This document shows positions 1 through 9,507 of a stretch of DNA of 25,013 bases, in pieces (position 1 is the first letter of the stretch; each line of letters starts with the position of its first letter). A program made the translations under genes and the position numbers. Origin of the DNA: Candidatus Rifleibacteriota bacterium (GTDB lineage Bacteria; Muiribacteriota; Ozemobacteria; Ozemobacterales; Ozemobacteraceae); the NCBI GenBank assembly GCA_051747585.1, contig JBNJGH010000045.1, positions 1 through 25,013 of the forward strand. Reading direction: 5' to 3'. The notes beneath the pieces were generated by a model that made no database searches, had not been told where the DNA came from, and worked only from the letters and a program-made list of their open reading frames with translations.

Positions 1-1
1 G

Positions 2-610
2 ATCGAATTTCTGCAGGTCCAATCCCTGTAACTGTCTGATTATTGCATCCGGATCGTCGTTTGAATCCAGCAGCATTCTGAAATAAGTTTTTTTCGGAAT
101 TGCTGCGGTAATAATTTTTTTGTGGATTGGTTTCAGTTTCTCACCGAAACCCCATGTTTTGGAGATTTTTAAATCAACACACCAGTAAGTGGCGTGTTCG
201 TTTAACTTAATAAATTCATCGGCGAGGAGACCACTTGTTTCGACAAAAACATCGACATTTCTTTCTTTAAACTGTTTTATCAATTCAAGAAGAAAATCAC
301 TTTGTTCAAGAGGTTCGCCCCCGAGAATCGAGACACAGAAAAAGTTTTTGAGTTCGTAATGCTTGCAGATTTGTTTAATTAAATTTTCAGGGGTAATCGG
401 GTTCATTAATTTCAGGTTTCTAAGACCCGGCCATGGGCGAATAGAAAAACGTTCCTGGGTCTGCTGAAACTCGGTAAGCTCGCAGCGCTTGCATTCTAGT
501 GAGCACCCTGAAAGTCTGATGAAAAGCTGCATTGTTCCAATATGCAGACCTTCGCCCTGAATCGAGGCAAAAATTTCGCTTATATTACCCGTTGTTTTTG
601 ATTGTTTCAA
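2..610 (-). CDS. queE: QueE-like radical SAM protein (7-carboxy-7-deazaguanine synthase/organic radical activating family); 3' end runs off the window
   Basis: Not in the ORF track; translated by hand from TTG at 610: MKQSKTTGNISEIFASIQGEGLHIGTMQLFIRLSGCSLECKRCE...VSILGGEPLEQ. Has the EIFxSIQGEG motif, CxxxCxxC and GGEP. Overlaps the ligA 3' end by 26 bp. Confidence 0.7.
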   Translation of the reverse strand, partial: MKQSKTTGNISEIFASIQGEGLHIGTMQLFIRLSGCSLECKRCELTEFQQTQERFSIRPWPGLRNLKLMNPITPENLIKQICKHYELKNFFCVSILGGEPLEQSDFLLELIKQFKERNVDVFVETSGLLADEFIKLNEHATYWCVDLKISKTWGFGEKLKPIHKKIITAAIPKKTYFRMLLDSNDDPDAIIRQLQGLDLQKFD

Positions 611-2624
611 GATTAGTTCCAACCATTTTAAAAAGATCAAACTCAGAAATAATGGTTTTGTTTAATTTTTGAGCCTGTCTTTTTTTACTAGAATTAAAAT
701 CGTCACTTTCGCCTGAACCTATGAGTAAAAAGTCTGTTTTAGTTGAAACTGATGACTTTACTGCTCCGCCACACTCTTTAATCAACTTTTCCAGCTTTTT
801 GCGGGGAACACTGGCTTCACCCGTAACTACAAAAATTTTACCGCCAAGAATATCTTTTTTGTCGCTATTTTGATAAGTCTGATTGTCGGGTCCTTGCCAC
901 CATTGTTTGATGCTGTCTACAGATGACAGGACCGTTTCTGAGTTACAGAAGGCAATAATATTATCTGCCACTTTGTCGCTTATCCCCTCAATCTGCATTA
1001 AGCTTTCTTTGTCGGCATTGACAAATGCTTCTAACGATTGGTCAAAAAACTCGGCTATTTTTTCAGCTACTACTATTCCAACGTTTGAAATTCCCAGGGC
1101 AGCTATAACGCGGGACAAAGGAGCTTTCTTCGCTTTCTGGATATTTTTGAATATCTTGTTTGCAGATTTTTCTCCGATTCGCTCGAGTTTCATCAGTTGT
1201 TCCACGTCGAGGGCTAAAACATCTTCGAAGCTGGTCACCAGCTTTTTTTCAAGTAACTGACGAACTAACTGAGGGCCGATGTTTTCAATTTCCATCTGGG
1301 TTATAAAATGCTGAATTTTTCGTTCTGCAACTCCCTGGCAGTTTTTGTTTTCACATACTATTGCTGTCGAATTATCCCGGCTTTCAGTTACTTTTACTGA
1401 TCCGCCACAGGATGGGCATTGCTGGGGCGGCTTTATTTCTATTTCATTGCCATCACGCTTTTCGGGTAATGTTTTTACTATATAAGGAATAATGTAACCG
1501 GCTTTTTCGACTACAACAAAATCTCCCTGACGAATATCTTTTTCTTTAATTTGGTCTATATTATGTAGAGACGCGCGCGAGACTGTGGTGCCACCAAGTT
1601 GAACCGGTTCAAGGTGAGCGACAGGAGTGAGTTGAGAGCGACCTACCTGCCAGCTGACCGAAACCAGTCGGGCAACTGCCGTTTCCTGTGGATATTTATA
1701 GGCAATGGCCCATCTGGGAGCTTTGCTGGTTATTCCAAGCTCTTCCTGGATTGCAAGATTGTCGACTTTTAAAACTATGCCGTCAATATCAAAATCAAAG
1801 GATTTTCTTTCTTCGTTAATTCTGTCAATAAAAGTCTTTACTTCATCTGATGAATTACAGACTTTATAGGCATAATTCAGTTTAAAACCCTGTTCTTTTA
1901 GAAACCTGAGAGTTTCTGAATGGCTTTTAAATTTAAGCTCTTTTGCCTGCGCTATGCCATAAACCATAACCTGAAGGCCACGTTTGGCAGCAATAGCCGG
2001 ATCAAGAGACTTGATTGTTCCCGCTGTCAGGTTCCGGCAGTTTTTGAAGAGCTCGAGACCTCTCTCCCTTCTGTCTTTGTTGAGTTTTACAAGTTGAGAC
2101 CGAGGTGTGAAAATTTCACCTCTTATATCCATATCCAGATCGGATTTGATTTTTAAAGGAAGACTTCTTATGGTTTTGGCATTCTCGCTTATAAGGTCAC
2201 CTTGTACGCCATTGCCACGGGTTGCTCCACTGACAAAGCTTCCATTTCTATAGGTAAATGAGCCGGAAACTCCATCGATCTTCAGCTCAGCTACTACCGG
2301 CCAGATACTTCTGCCGGCAAGTTTTTCCATCTTTTGTATCCAGTCGGTAATCCCAGCTATAGAATAGCTGTTTTCTATACTAAGCATAGGAATTCTATGC
2401 TTTGCGGTATTGAAAGAAGTAACCGCTTCGCCCACCCTTTGGGTTGGTGAGTCCGGGGTAATAAGTTCCGGATTCGCCTCTTCAAGCTTTATTAGCTCAT
2501 TCATGAGTTTGTCAAATGCCTGGTCCGATATCTCGGGCTCGGCTTTAACAAAATACATATATTCATGATGCCTTATTTCGTCGCGAAGGGTTTCAATTTT
2601 GTTCTTTAATTTTTTTTGGTCCAT
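585..2624 (-). CDS. ligA: NAD-dependent DNA ligase
   Basis: ELKIDG adenylation motif, TRGNGVQG, RNLTAG, PRWAIAYKY, C4 zinc finger (CPSC...C...C), HhH repeats and C-terminal BRCT (FVVTG...SVSTKTDFL). ATG at 2624 lies 1 nt after the upstream stop and is preferred over the TTG at 2633. Confidence 0.97.
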   Translation of the reverse strand: MDQKKLKNKIETLRDEIRHHEYMYFVKAEPEISDQAFDKLMNELIKLEEANPELITPDSPTQRVGEAVTSFNTAKHRIPMLSIENSYSIAGITDWIQKMEKLAGRSIWPVVAELKIDGVSGSFTYRNGSFVSGATRGNGVQGDLISENAKTIRSLPLKIKSDLDMDIRGEIFTPRSQLVKLNKDRRERGLELFKNCRNLTAGTIKSLDPAIAAKRGLQVMVYGIAQAKELKFKSHSETLRFLKEQGFKLNYAYKVCNSSDEVKTFIDRINEERKSFDFDIDGIVLKVDNLAIQEELGITSKAPRWAIAYKYPQETAVARLVSVSWQVGRSQLTPVAHLEPVQLGGTTVSRASLHNIDQIKEKDIRQGDFVVVEKAGYIIPYIVKTLPEKRDGNEIEIKPPQQCPSCGGSVKVTESRDNSTAIVCENKNCQGVAERKIQHFITQMEIENIGPQLVRQLLEKKLVTSFEDVLALDVEQLMKLERIGEKSANKIFKNIQKAKKAPLSRVIAALGISNVGIVVAEKIAEFFDQSLEAFVNADKESLMQIEGISDKVADNIIAFCNSETVLSSVDSIKQWWQGPDNQTYQNSDKKDILGGKIFVVTGEASVPRKKLEKLIKECGGAVKSSVSTKTDFLLIGSGESDDFNSSKKRQAQKLNKTIISEFDLFKMVGTNLETIKNNG

Positions 2625-2625
2625 A

Positions 2626-3768
2626 TTAATCAACCATTGCTGTATTTATAAAGCGAATTCCCTCATCATTTCCAATCCATAAAATGTCGCCGCTTGCAGC
2701 CATAGCTTTCAAATTCTGAGCCATGGTACCGTCGTTTGGCGATATGGTTTGAATTTCTTCCCTGTTGATTCGGGCCAGGCCACCATCGGTAGCAAGCCAT
2801 ATAGACCCTCTATGGGTAATAATGTCGTTTACTCGGTTTGAAGGAAGACCGTGAACCGTCGTATAGCTGACAAAGTTTGAAACTGATTCAGAGAAAAGCT
2901 TTTCTATTGGTGTATTTAAAAATAATGCGCCTTTGGCTGTGGCAACCCAGATATGTTGCCCGTCAAAAGTCATTCCCGAAACCGGCCTTACAATTCCGGT
3001 TCTTGCATTGTCAATGTTTTTCCAGAATTCAGGGTTGGAAGCTTTAAAGCCGGTGTTCCAGCAGCTGATTCCGTTGTCGTGAGCAACAAGAAACCAGCCG
3101 GAGAATCTTAGAATATTTTGACACCAGTTGTTTCTTAGTCCGCCGTTGGTAATCTTTTTATCGAGAATAAAAAAGTCATTTTTTTTGTTCTTGAATGCAA
3201 CTCCGGCTTGCGTAGATACCCAGATGGTAATTCCGTCAAAAGTTATATCCCAGATTAATTCCGATGCCGGGTTTGGCGAGATTTGATGTTTGTTAATAAT
3301 TCCAGATCTGGTAATAGAGTAGAGTCCAAAAAGAGTGCCCACCCAGATTTTTTGTCCGTCAAAAGCAATGCATTGAGCCTGAGGGGCCGGAAAAGTTCCT
3401 TTGGTCAGGCTGAATTCCTGTAGCAGCCCATTGCTGATTGAGCAGACTCCTTTTTCTGTCGCTCCCCAGAGCGTTCCCCTTGAGTCGACTACCAGGTCGT
3501 TAACTGCAGCTGTTTTAATCGTGGTGCTGAAAGGTATGAGAAGATTGCCTTCCCGTTTTTGAGAATCGTCACCTATGCGGCGACTTGCTGCTGAAGTATT
3601 GGTCTCAGCCGAGTCGTTTGTTCGCGTTCCCTTGGCTTGATTTCTGTTTGCCGTGGTAATATTTTCTTCAGTTTTTTCCCGGTTAGCGACAATAAACAAA
3701 ATTGCAATAATAATTATTGCACCCCAGAAAGTCAGATTAGAAAATTTAAAAAATTTGCTGGTTTTCAA
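2626..3768 (-). CDS. Membrane-anchored beta-propeller protein (two-component-regulator-propeller-like repeats, no kinase domain)
   Basis: N-terminal TM helix (WGAIIIIAILFIV), then repeats such as LWGATEKGV, IWVGTLFGL, IWVSTQAGV, IWVATAKGA, GLPSNRVNDI, IWLATDGGL and LWIGNDEGI. TTG start overlaps the upstream TGA; GAGGAG RBS. Confidence 0.8.
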   Translation of the reverse strand: MKTSKFFKFSNLTFWGAIIIIAILFIVANREKTEENITTANRNQAKGTRTNDSAETNTSAASRRIGDDSQKREGNLLIPFSTTIKTAAVNDLVVDSRGTLWGATEKGVCSISNGLLQEFSLTKGTFPAPQAQCIAFDGQKIWVGTLFGLYSITRSGIINKHQISPNPASELIWDITFDGITIWVSTQAGVAFKNKKNDFFILDKKITNGGLRNNWCQNILRFSGWFLVAHDNGISCWNTGFKASNPEFWKNIDNARTGIVRPVSGMTFDGQHIWVATAKGALFLNTPIEKLFSESVSNFVSYTTVHGLPSNRVNDIITHRGSIWLATDGGLARINREEIQTISPNDGTMAQNLKAMAASGDILWIGNDEGIRFINTAMVD

Positions 3769-4922
3769 AACAGCTCCTCTAAATTTACCGGTATTTTTTG
3801 CCTGTCTTTAATGATAGCAACTTCAGCAGGTCTGACCTGATTGCCATTTTGATCGAAACCGCCAGAGCCGGTAACGCTTTCCCAGCCATGCATTGAAGCA
3901 AAGTAGTTGCGCACCATTTCTTTATTGTATTCACCGGCTTTAAGTGCCAGGGCAGTCAGCATAACAGCCTCATATCCCAGAGCTGCGTCAGAATCTGCGC
4001 TTTCCCCCCACTTTTCGACGTATTCGGCAAGAAAATATTCAGCTCTCTGTCCGCCCAATCTTGAATTGAAGGGAAGGGTGCAAATAGCCGACTCTGAGTA
4101 GATGCCGGCAAACTCTATAAATTCATGGGAAGAAAGGGGGTTTGCTCCAAGAATTGGTTTGGTAAAACGGGCTTCTCTTGCCTGTCTTAGAATTAATGCC
4201 GAGTCTTTGGGAGGTGCTATGATAAAAAGAGCGTCGGGGTTAGAGGCTTCTATGATTTCAAGCTGGCGCCGAAAATTCAGGGTGCCGTTACGGTAAGAGA
4301 CCGCAGCAACGACTTGCTGTTGATTTTTAAGTGCCGCTTCAATAAATTTTTGTGCACTGTCTGAACCATAGATAAGCGGATCATAAATTAGAGCCGGTTT
4401 TCTTGTTTTAAAGCGTCGAGCAGAGTATTCGCAGATAGCCAGAAATTGTTTTACGTCATCGGTTATGCTGCGAAAACTGTATTTGCTTCCGTTGGCTGTA
4501 AGTTCGTAATGAGTGCATAGGGCGGTTAAATATGGGGTATGAGATTGTTCAGAAAACTGTTGAATAATTCTTGAGCTTTCCGGACTTATGCCTCCTACCA
4601 GAGTTAAAACCTTTTCTTCATAAATGAGGTTCCGACAAATTATTGCCGTTTGGGTCGGATTACCCTCATTGTCTTTTATTAAAGGTTTGAGAGTTTTTCC
4701 ATTGATACCGCCTGCCTGATTAACATGCTCAATTGCCAGCAGGATCCCCTGTTTATGTGCAATAGCTCTGGCAGAGCTGGGCCCGGTTAGTGGTAAAATA
4801 ATTCCAATTTTTATTTCCGAAGGGCTTGATTCAAAAGAAAACCAGGCCAGAACCACTAGCAACAGCAAGGTTCCGAGTTGGTAAAGATCAAATTTCTGTA
4901 ATAATAATCTGAATTTTTTCAT
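3765..4922 (-). CDS. LivJ/LivK-type (branched-chain amino acid family) periplasmic binding protein
   Basis: IKIGIILPLTG, INQAGGINGK-like segment, DNEGNP, AALGYEAV and VTGSGGFDQNG are typical of the type I periplasmic binding fold. Hydrophobic N-terminal anchor. Confidence 0.88.
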   Translation of the reverse strand: MKKFRLLLQKFDLYQLGTLLLLVVLAWFSFESSPSEIKIGIILPLTGPSSARAIAHKQGILLAIEHVNQAGGINGKTLKPLIKDNEGNPTQTAIICRNLIYEEKVLTLVGGISPESSRIIQQFSEQSHTPYLTALCTHYELTANGSKYSFRSITDDVKQFLAICEYSARRFKTRKPALIYDPLIYGSDSAQKFIEAALKNQQQVVAAVSYRNGTLNFRRQLEIIEASNPDALFIIAPPKDSALILRQAREARFTKPILGANPLSSHEFIEFAGIYSESAICTLPFNSRLGGQRAEYFLAEYVEKWGESADSDAALGYEAVMLTALALKAGEYNKEMVRNYFASMHGWESVTGSGGFDQNGNQVRPAEVAIIKDRQKIPVNLEELF

Positions 4923-4934
4923 AATTTAATTTAA

Positions 4935-5300
4935 TCAGGTGCAGGCTGTTTTGATATAAGATAGAACCATGAGAAAAATGCCCATGTAAACTGATAGAGT
5001 AAAGAAATACAAAACTGCAAAAAAGAAAAAGGGCATTTCTTTTATAACTTTGTTGAAGAATTCATTTTCAATTTCTTTAAAAACAAGATTTTTTTTAGAA
5101 AAACGGTCAAAAATAAATACAAGCAGCGCGCCAAGACCAAAAAAGCCAAGAGCAAATCCAAATCCCGATGCAAATACTGGTGTGTGAGGATTATTGGGCG
5201 CAGTAGAAAAAAGCCAGAAAGCGACTAAAAGGCTTATTGAAAGTAATGAACAGAAAATGGTGGATCCCCAGAAAATCCACGACCAGATAAATTCCTTCAT
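4935..5300 (-). CDS. Hypothetical small membrane protein (about 3 TM helices)
   Basis: 121 aa with three hydrophobic segments; AGGA RBS; 12-bp gaps to both neighbours. Confidence 0.7.
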   Translation of the reverse strand: MKEFIWSWIFWGSTIFCSLLSISLLVAFWLFSTAPNNPHTPVFASGFGFALGFFGLGALLVFIFDRFSKKNLVFKEIENEFFNKVIKEMPFFFFAVLYFFTLSVYMGIFLMVLSYIKTACT

Positions 5301-5312
5301 AAGTTGCTTTCC

Positions 5313-5693
5313 TTAATTTTCGGGTCTCTTCCAGTTGCCATGAAAAACTTCGCTCGGATACTTGTTTCTGTTCTTTTTCATCTTTTCAGCCATTGAAGAG
5401 GATACGTCAATATTTAAAACATTTGCAAGACTGAGAAGGTATGCAAGTACATCGGCAAGTTCTTCGCTTATTTGTTTCTTTTTGTCATCGTCTATCTTTT
5501 CACTGGCAGGTGGCGACCATTGAAAGTGTTCCAGCAGCTCCGAGGCTTCTAATACAACAGATACCGCTATGTTTTTGGGTTTATGGTATTTGTGCCAGTC
5601 GCGTTCACTGATAAAATCGTTTACCAGTTCCTTCAGCTGATTGATACTGGTATGGTTGTCGTTGAATTTTTTATTTGAATCTAGGCCTGTCAT
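5313..5693 (-). CDS. MazG-like nucleotide pyrophosphohydrolase (dCTP pyrophosphatase/RS21-C6 type)
   Basis: FISERDWHKYHKPKN, EASELLEHFQW, EELADVLAYL and KMKKNRNKYP. Start is ATG 5693 or TTG 5699. Confidence 0.9.
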   Translation of the reverse strand: MTGLDSNKKFNDNHTSINQLKELVNDFISERDWHKYHKPKNIAVSVVLEASELLEHFQWSPPASEKIDDDKKKQISEELADVLAYLLSLANVLNIDVSSSMAEKMKKNRNKYPSEVFHGNWKRPEN

Positions 5694-5994
5694 CTGCAAT
5701 AACTTTTCATTATGTCTAAAATTTTCGGGCTTTTAAACAATTGGAATCTTGTTTTTTAGCATTAAACTTTTTCTTTTGTTTATTTGCCTGTTTACCCGAA
5801 GGACCAATTAATGATAACTTAATAGAAAATAAATCTCAAAGAATAAGTTAAGGCATATTGGTTAAGACCCGGCGTTATTGAAAACCACGGTCATGTCTGA
5901 GATAAATTATCCGGCAAAACCGTTAGTCATGTTGTAGTTGCAGGTCATTAACCTTAAAGGACTATTAAAATCAGATCTTTTATGGAGCAATTAA

Positions 5995-6492
5995 TTGATT
6001 CAAAGTCCGGTGAATTTTAAAGGTTCTGGCTGTAACCATTCTTCTGCCAGGTATGGTTTAAGCTTGCCCGAGCTGTTAATTACGATCTTATTACTGGCTA
6101 TACTTTTTTCTCTTGCAATTATTTTTTCCAGTGGGCTTAGTCAAACCAAAAGATTAAGAGATTACAGTCTTGCCATTGCATTTGCTCAACAGGCGGTCGA
6201 AATTGTAAGAGCTGCTCCATACAGTCTCCTGGATGAAGAGGATGCCGGCGTAAATAGTGTCGAGGAAGATTTTAAAGTAGACTCGGGTCCCACTGACAGT
6301 CTTAAACCTGAATATAAGTCGGGGGGAATAACCTACAAACGTAAGGTCGAAATCAGTAATGTTATGGCAGCAGAAGATGACGAGCGCCCTGTCGGGTTGA
6401 AACTGGTAAAGATTAGAGTTGACTGGAAAACCATGGATGGAGTTCAGGCAGAACCATTCATTATTGAAACCACTGTTGCAGATATGAATTAA
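5995..6492 (+). CDS. Prepilin-type protein (PilV/GspI-like minor pilin)
   Basis: Class III signal RYG|LSLPELLITILLLAILF with Glu at +5; helix AIAFAQQAVEIVR; C-terminal YKRKVEI...KLVKIRVDW typical of PilV-like pilins. GGAG upstream of the TTG start. Confidence 0.8.
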   Translation: MIQSPVNFKGSGCNHSSARYGLSLPELLITILLLAILFSLAIIFSSGLSQTKRLRDYSLAIAFAQQAVEIVRAAPYSLLDEEDAGVNSVEEDFKVDSGPTDSLKPEYKSGGITYKRKVEISNVMAAEDDERPVGLKLVKIRVDWKTMDGVQAEPFIIETTVADMN

Positions 6493-6493
6493 A

Positions 6494-7258
6494 ATGAATA
6501 ATTTCAACATACAATCGACTAACAGATTTAGAAAAGCTTTTACTATGATCGAGCTTTTAATAGTAGTTGTTGTAACCACTATGATCGTTTATTTCGCCTA
6601 TGAAATTTTCTTTTCTCAAACCAGAGTTGTTACAAGCTCTATTGAGTTTATGGAGGTTAACGATTCTTTTCGCAAAATAAATACCTTTCTGGGAGATGAT
6701 ATAAGAGAGGCGACTTCTATAAAAAAGCCTGTTCCTGTTTTTAACGAAATGGTTGGCTCGCTAACTACCCGACCAGGATTGGTTCTAAGCCTTCAAACCT
6801 CGGAAATCGACCCGAGAATAGCTTTTGATTCTCCGCTTGGAGGGCAGGTTTGTTTGCGTCGTGAAATAAAGTATGAAATTGAAGAAGTTGAAAATCCTGC
6901 CGGCGGGTCCTCTTCTTCAGGAGATGAGTTTCCGCATTATCGATTGATAAGAACTTCAACAATTATTGAAGAACCCGGCAATGAAACAACACAACGCCAG
7001 GAGTTGGCAGAAAACATTAGAGAATTCGTTGTTTATAGAACAATAAGAAAGCCCTTCAAGCCTTCTAATGTCAGTAGCGATGATGATCGCATTGCAGTAG
7101 CCAGACCGTTACATGATTCAGGAACAGGCAACAGCCTTGTTCACGTCAAAATGGTTCTAGAGCGGGATCGCAAAAAAACAGAAAAGGGTGAAGTTTATAA
7201 CATCGATTTGCATACCAGTTTTTATAAAAGGGGAAAAGAAATTTTTAAAAACCCATGA
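6494..7258 (+). CDS. Prepilin-type protein (PilW/GspJ-like minor pilin)
   Basis: RKA|FTMIELLIVVVV class III signal with E5; LGDDIREA helix motif; LAENIREF near the C-terminus. Confidence 0.82.
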   Translation: MNNFNIQSTNRFRKAFTMIELLIVVVVTTMIVYFAYEIFFSQTRVVTSSIEFMEVNDSFRKINTFLGDDIREATSIKKPVPVFNEMVGSLTTRPGLVLSLQTSEIDPRIAFDSPLGGQVCLRREIKYEIEEVENPAGGSSSSGDEFPHYRLIRTSTIIEEPGNETTQRQELAENIREFVVYRTIRKPFKPSNVSSDDDRIAVARPLHDSGTGNSLVHVKMVLERDRKKTEKGEVYNIDLHTSFYKRGKEIFKNP

Positions 7259-9507
7259 GATTTAATTTCAAGCGACAAAACAGGGCCGGTTCGGGTTATT
7301 TAATAGTAATGGGCTTTGCCATACTTCTTGTAATGCTCTTTGCTGTTCTTGGCAGAATAAAGTCGGGTCAGAGCCAACTTCAGTCAAAAGAAGTAAGAAG
7401 ATATCTTGCAACCGGTCTGGGAGAAACTGCTTTAGACTGTATAATTGCTGAATTAAATGCTGATCGGGGTTTTTCTACTCATTGGTATTACAGCGACAAC
7501 AAAGAAGAAAAGTGGGTTAGTCCGCGCAAAAGTCGTGATTCTGTTCTGGGAAAAATGGGCTCTATTTATGTTAACGGTGTTGAAGAGGGTATTTACAGCG
7601 GAGGAAATGCAAACGGCGAATTCAAAGCCAGGGTTGCGCCCTTTTACAGTACCAAAGAAAATTCGTTAACTCAAACTCTGCGTGAATCAGAAATGTACAC
7701 AAGAGCCGAGATAGTTGTAAAAATCGGTCAGGGCTGGGGTATCAAAGAAAATACCTGCAGAAAAATAACTGCTTTTGTTGAGAGAAGATACCCGGCTGTA
7801 GAAAGCCTGCTTTATGATGGTGAATTTTTAGATCTTGGTGCATTAGGTCCCTATCTGCAAAGAGAAAACAAACTCAGGCGCGGCCGACTTTATGGCTACC
7901 ATTGGATAACTTTTAATACTGCCGGCGGTGCCGGCAAAGGCTCTGAGCTTTATGAAATGGAAAAAATTGAAACTCCTGGACTCATCAGAGCGCTTAAAGA
8001 CACAAGAATAGGCTTTGCAGATGGTACTAACATGGTTTTATCTGCTAAAAACGACTCGGTCAATATAAACAAATTTGAAACCCATGAAGGTTATCTGCTG
8101 GATGGAGTTCATGGTGCCCATCCTGTTAAGTTCAACCGGCTTCCCAGAGAAAGGTTGAAATATTGGGCCCATCGCTATAGAAAAACTCAGGGCATAACCA
8201 TTGAAGAGGGAATGCTCGAATATGGCAGTTATCGGAATCCTTATGATAAATCCGCCAGATACGTCGATATCGATTTTGGTGATTATCATTGTAGTCAGAG
8301 CCCGGGCGGCGAAGACGATTCTACAGAATCTGATGACCCGGAGTTTTGTAAAAAATTGCCTGGGGACAAGCTTTTAATTTATTCTGAGGTTCCACTTAGA
8401 ATCTGGGGATGCCCCGACAAAAGCATAACGATTTACAGCACCGGTGATATAATAATTGGTGGCGATTTTAACCAGAACCCCATGACTCCGCAGGTCTACC
8501 AGGATGAATTTTACCATGATTATAAGTTTGATATTCTGAATGGTAAAAACAAGCATAAAGTCGGGGCACTTGTCATGTCAGAGGGGCGCGTTATTATAGA
8601 TGTATCGCATCCAACTCTGTTTGCCCGCAATGAAATTAAGCCCTTTTTTCTTTATTGTCTGGCTCATGCTCTGCAGCCTTCTACCCCTGAGATCGAAGCT
8701 GAGATCAAAGATTTTGTTTGTCCGATTGATCAGCGTCAGCGAAAATCTCTGGTGGGATTAGGTGAATTTGGAGAAGACGGAGAGTTTGTTGCCCGTTATG
8801 GAACGATAAAATGGCTACACGCAAATCCCAACGTTAATTCAGGTGGTATTTACAATGTAAACATGGAAGATATTATCAGATTTTTTACGCCTGGTGCGGG
8901 GCCAAAACCAAGATTTGGCATAAAAGACGACGGTGTTCGCAGCGAAATTATAGAATATTTAAAAACAGCTGTTCGCGACGTCGGAGATTTAACCGTAAAC
9001 GAGCAGGATAGGATTTTTGAGATGGCCTGGGAGCAGGCAAAGAAGGAAGAGGCGGAAGCGCCGGTACCGACTGCCGGTGCTATGGGTTTGATGCAGCCAC
9101 TGTTTGAGGAGGCGGTTAAGCATCCCGACGACGGTATTTATGTCCCCGAAATAACTGTTAACGCTAATCTGGTTAGCTCAGCCTGGCGTAGTGCTAAGTG
9201 GCGAATCGGCAATACTTCCGATAAAGTCTGCGATGAAACAGGTAATGCGGGGTATCTGGAATATCTTAAAAAGCCGGGCTTTATTATTCAAAGAGTTTAC
9301 GGTGGAGTCGTTCGTCTAGGTACCAAAGAGCCAGGTTATTTTATCGACGGAAGCCATAGCTGCAGCAATCTTTTAAGAAGAAGAGTCTGGGACAACACTA
9401 ATCTTGTTAATAATAAATTCAGAGTGCCCGAGATTCCTGCTGTGCACAATCTTTTAACCTTTTCAGATGAATTTATTACTTTAAATGAATATGAAGAGTT
9501 TCAGTAA
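7255..9507 (+). CDS. Large PilX/GspK-like pilin-associated protein (750 aa)
   Basis: RAG|SGYLIVMGFAILLVML hydrophobic N-terminus lacking E5, then RYLATGLGETAL. Beta-strand repeats (LIYSEVPLRIWG, ITIYSTGDIIIGGD, ALVMSEGRVII). ATGA overlap with the preceding pilin gene. Confidence 0.65.
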   Translation: MRFNFKRQNRAGSGYLIVMGFAILLVMLFAVLGRIKSGQSQLQSKEVRRYLATGLGETALDCIIAELNADRGFSTHWYYSDNKEEKWVSPRKSRDSVLGKMGSIYVNGVEEGIYSGGNANGEFKARVAPFYSTKENSLTQTLRESEMYTRAEIVVKIGQGWGIKENTCRKITAFVERRYPAVESLLYDGEFLDLGALGPYLQRENKLRRGRLYGYHWITFNTAGGAGKGSELYEMEKIETPGLIRALKDTRIGFADGTNMVLSAKNDSVNINKFETHEGYLLDGVHGAHPVKFNRLPRERLKYWAHRYRKTQGITIEEGMLEYGSYRNPYDKSARYVDIDFGDYHCSQSPGGEDDSTESDDPEFCKKLPGDKLLIYSEVPLRIWGCPDKSITIYSTGDIIIGGDFNQNPMTPQVYQDEFYHDYKFDILNGKNKHKVGALVMSEGRVIIDVSHPTLFARNEIKPFFLYCLAHALQPSTPEIEAEIKDFVCPIDQRQRKSLVGLGEFGEDGEFVARYGTIKWLHANPNVNSGGIYNVNMEDIIRFFTPGAGPKPRFGIKDDGVRSEIIEYLKTAVRDVGDLTVNEQDRIFEMAWEQAKKEEAEAPVPTAGAMGLMQPLFEEAVKHPDDGIYVPEITVNANLVSSAWRSAKWRIGNTSDKVCDETGNAGYLEYLKKPGFIIQRVYGGVVRLGTKEPGYFIDGSHSCSNLLRRRVWDNTNLVNNKFRVPEIPAVHNLLTFSDEFITLNEYEEFQ

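Noticed and set aside
5912..5950. GGCAAAACC resembling the start of a c-di-GMP-I riboswitch upstream of the pilins
   Set aside because: No GNRA-capped P2 stem and no downstream GCAAAGC/tetraloop-receptor element.
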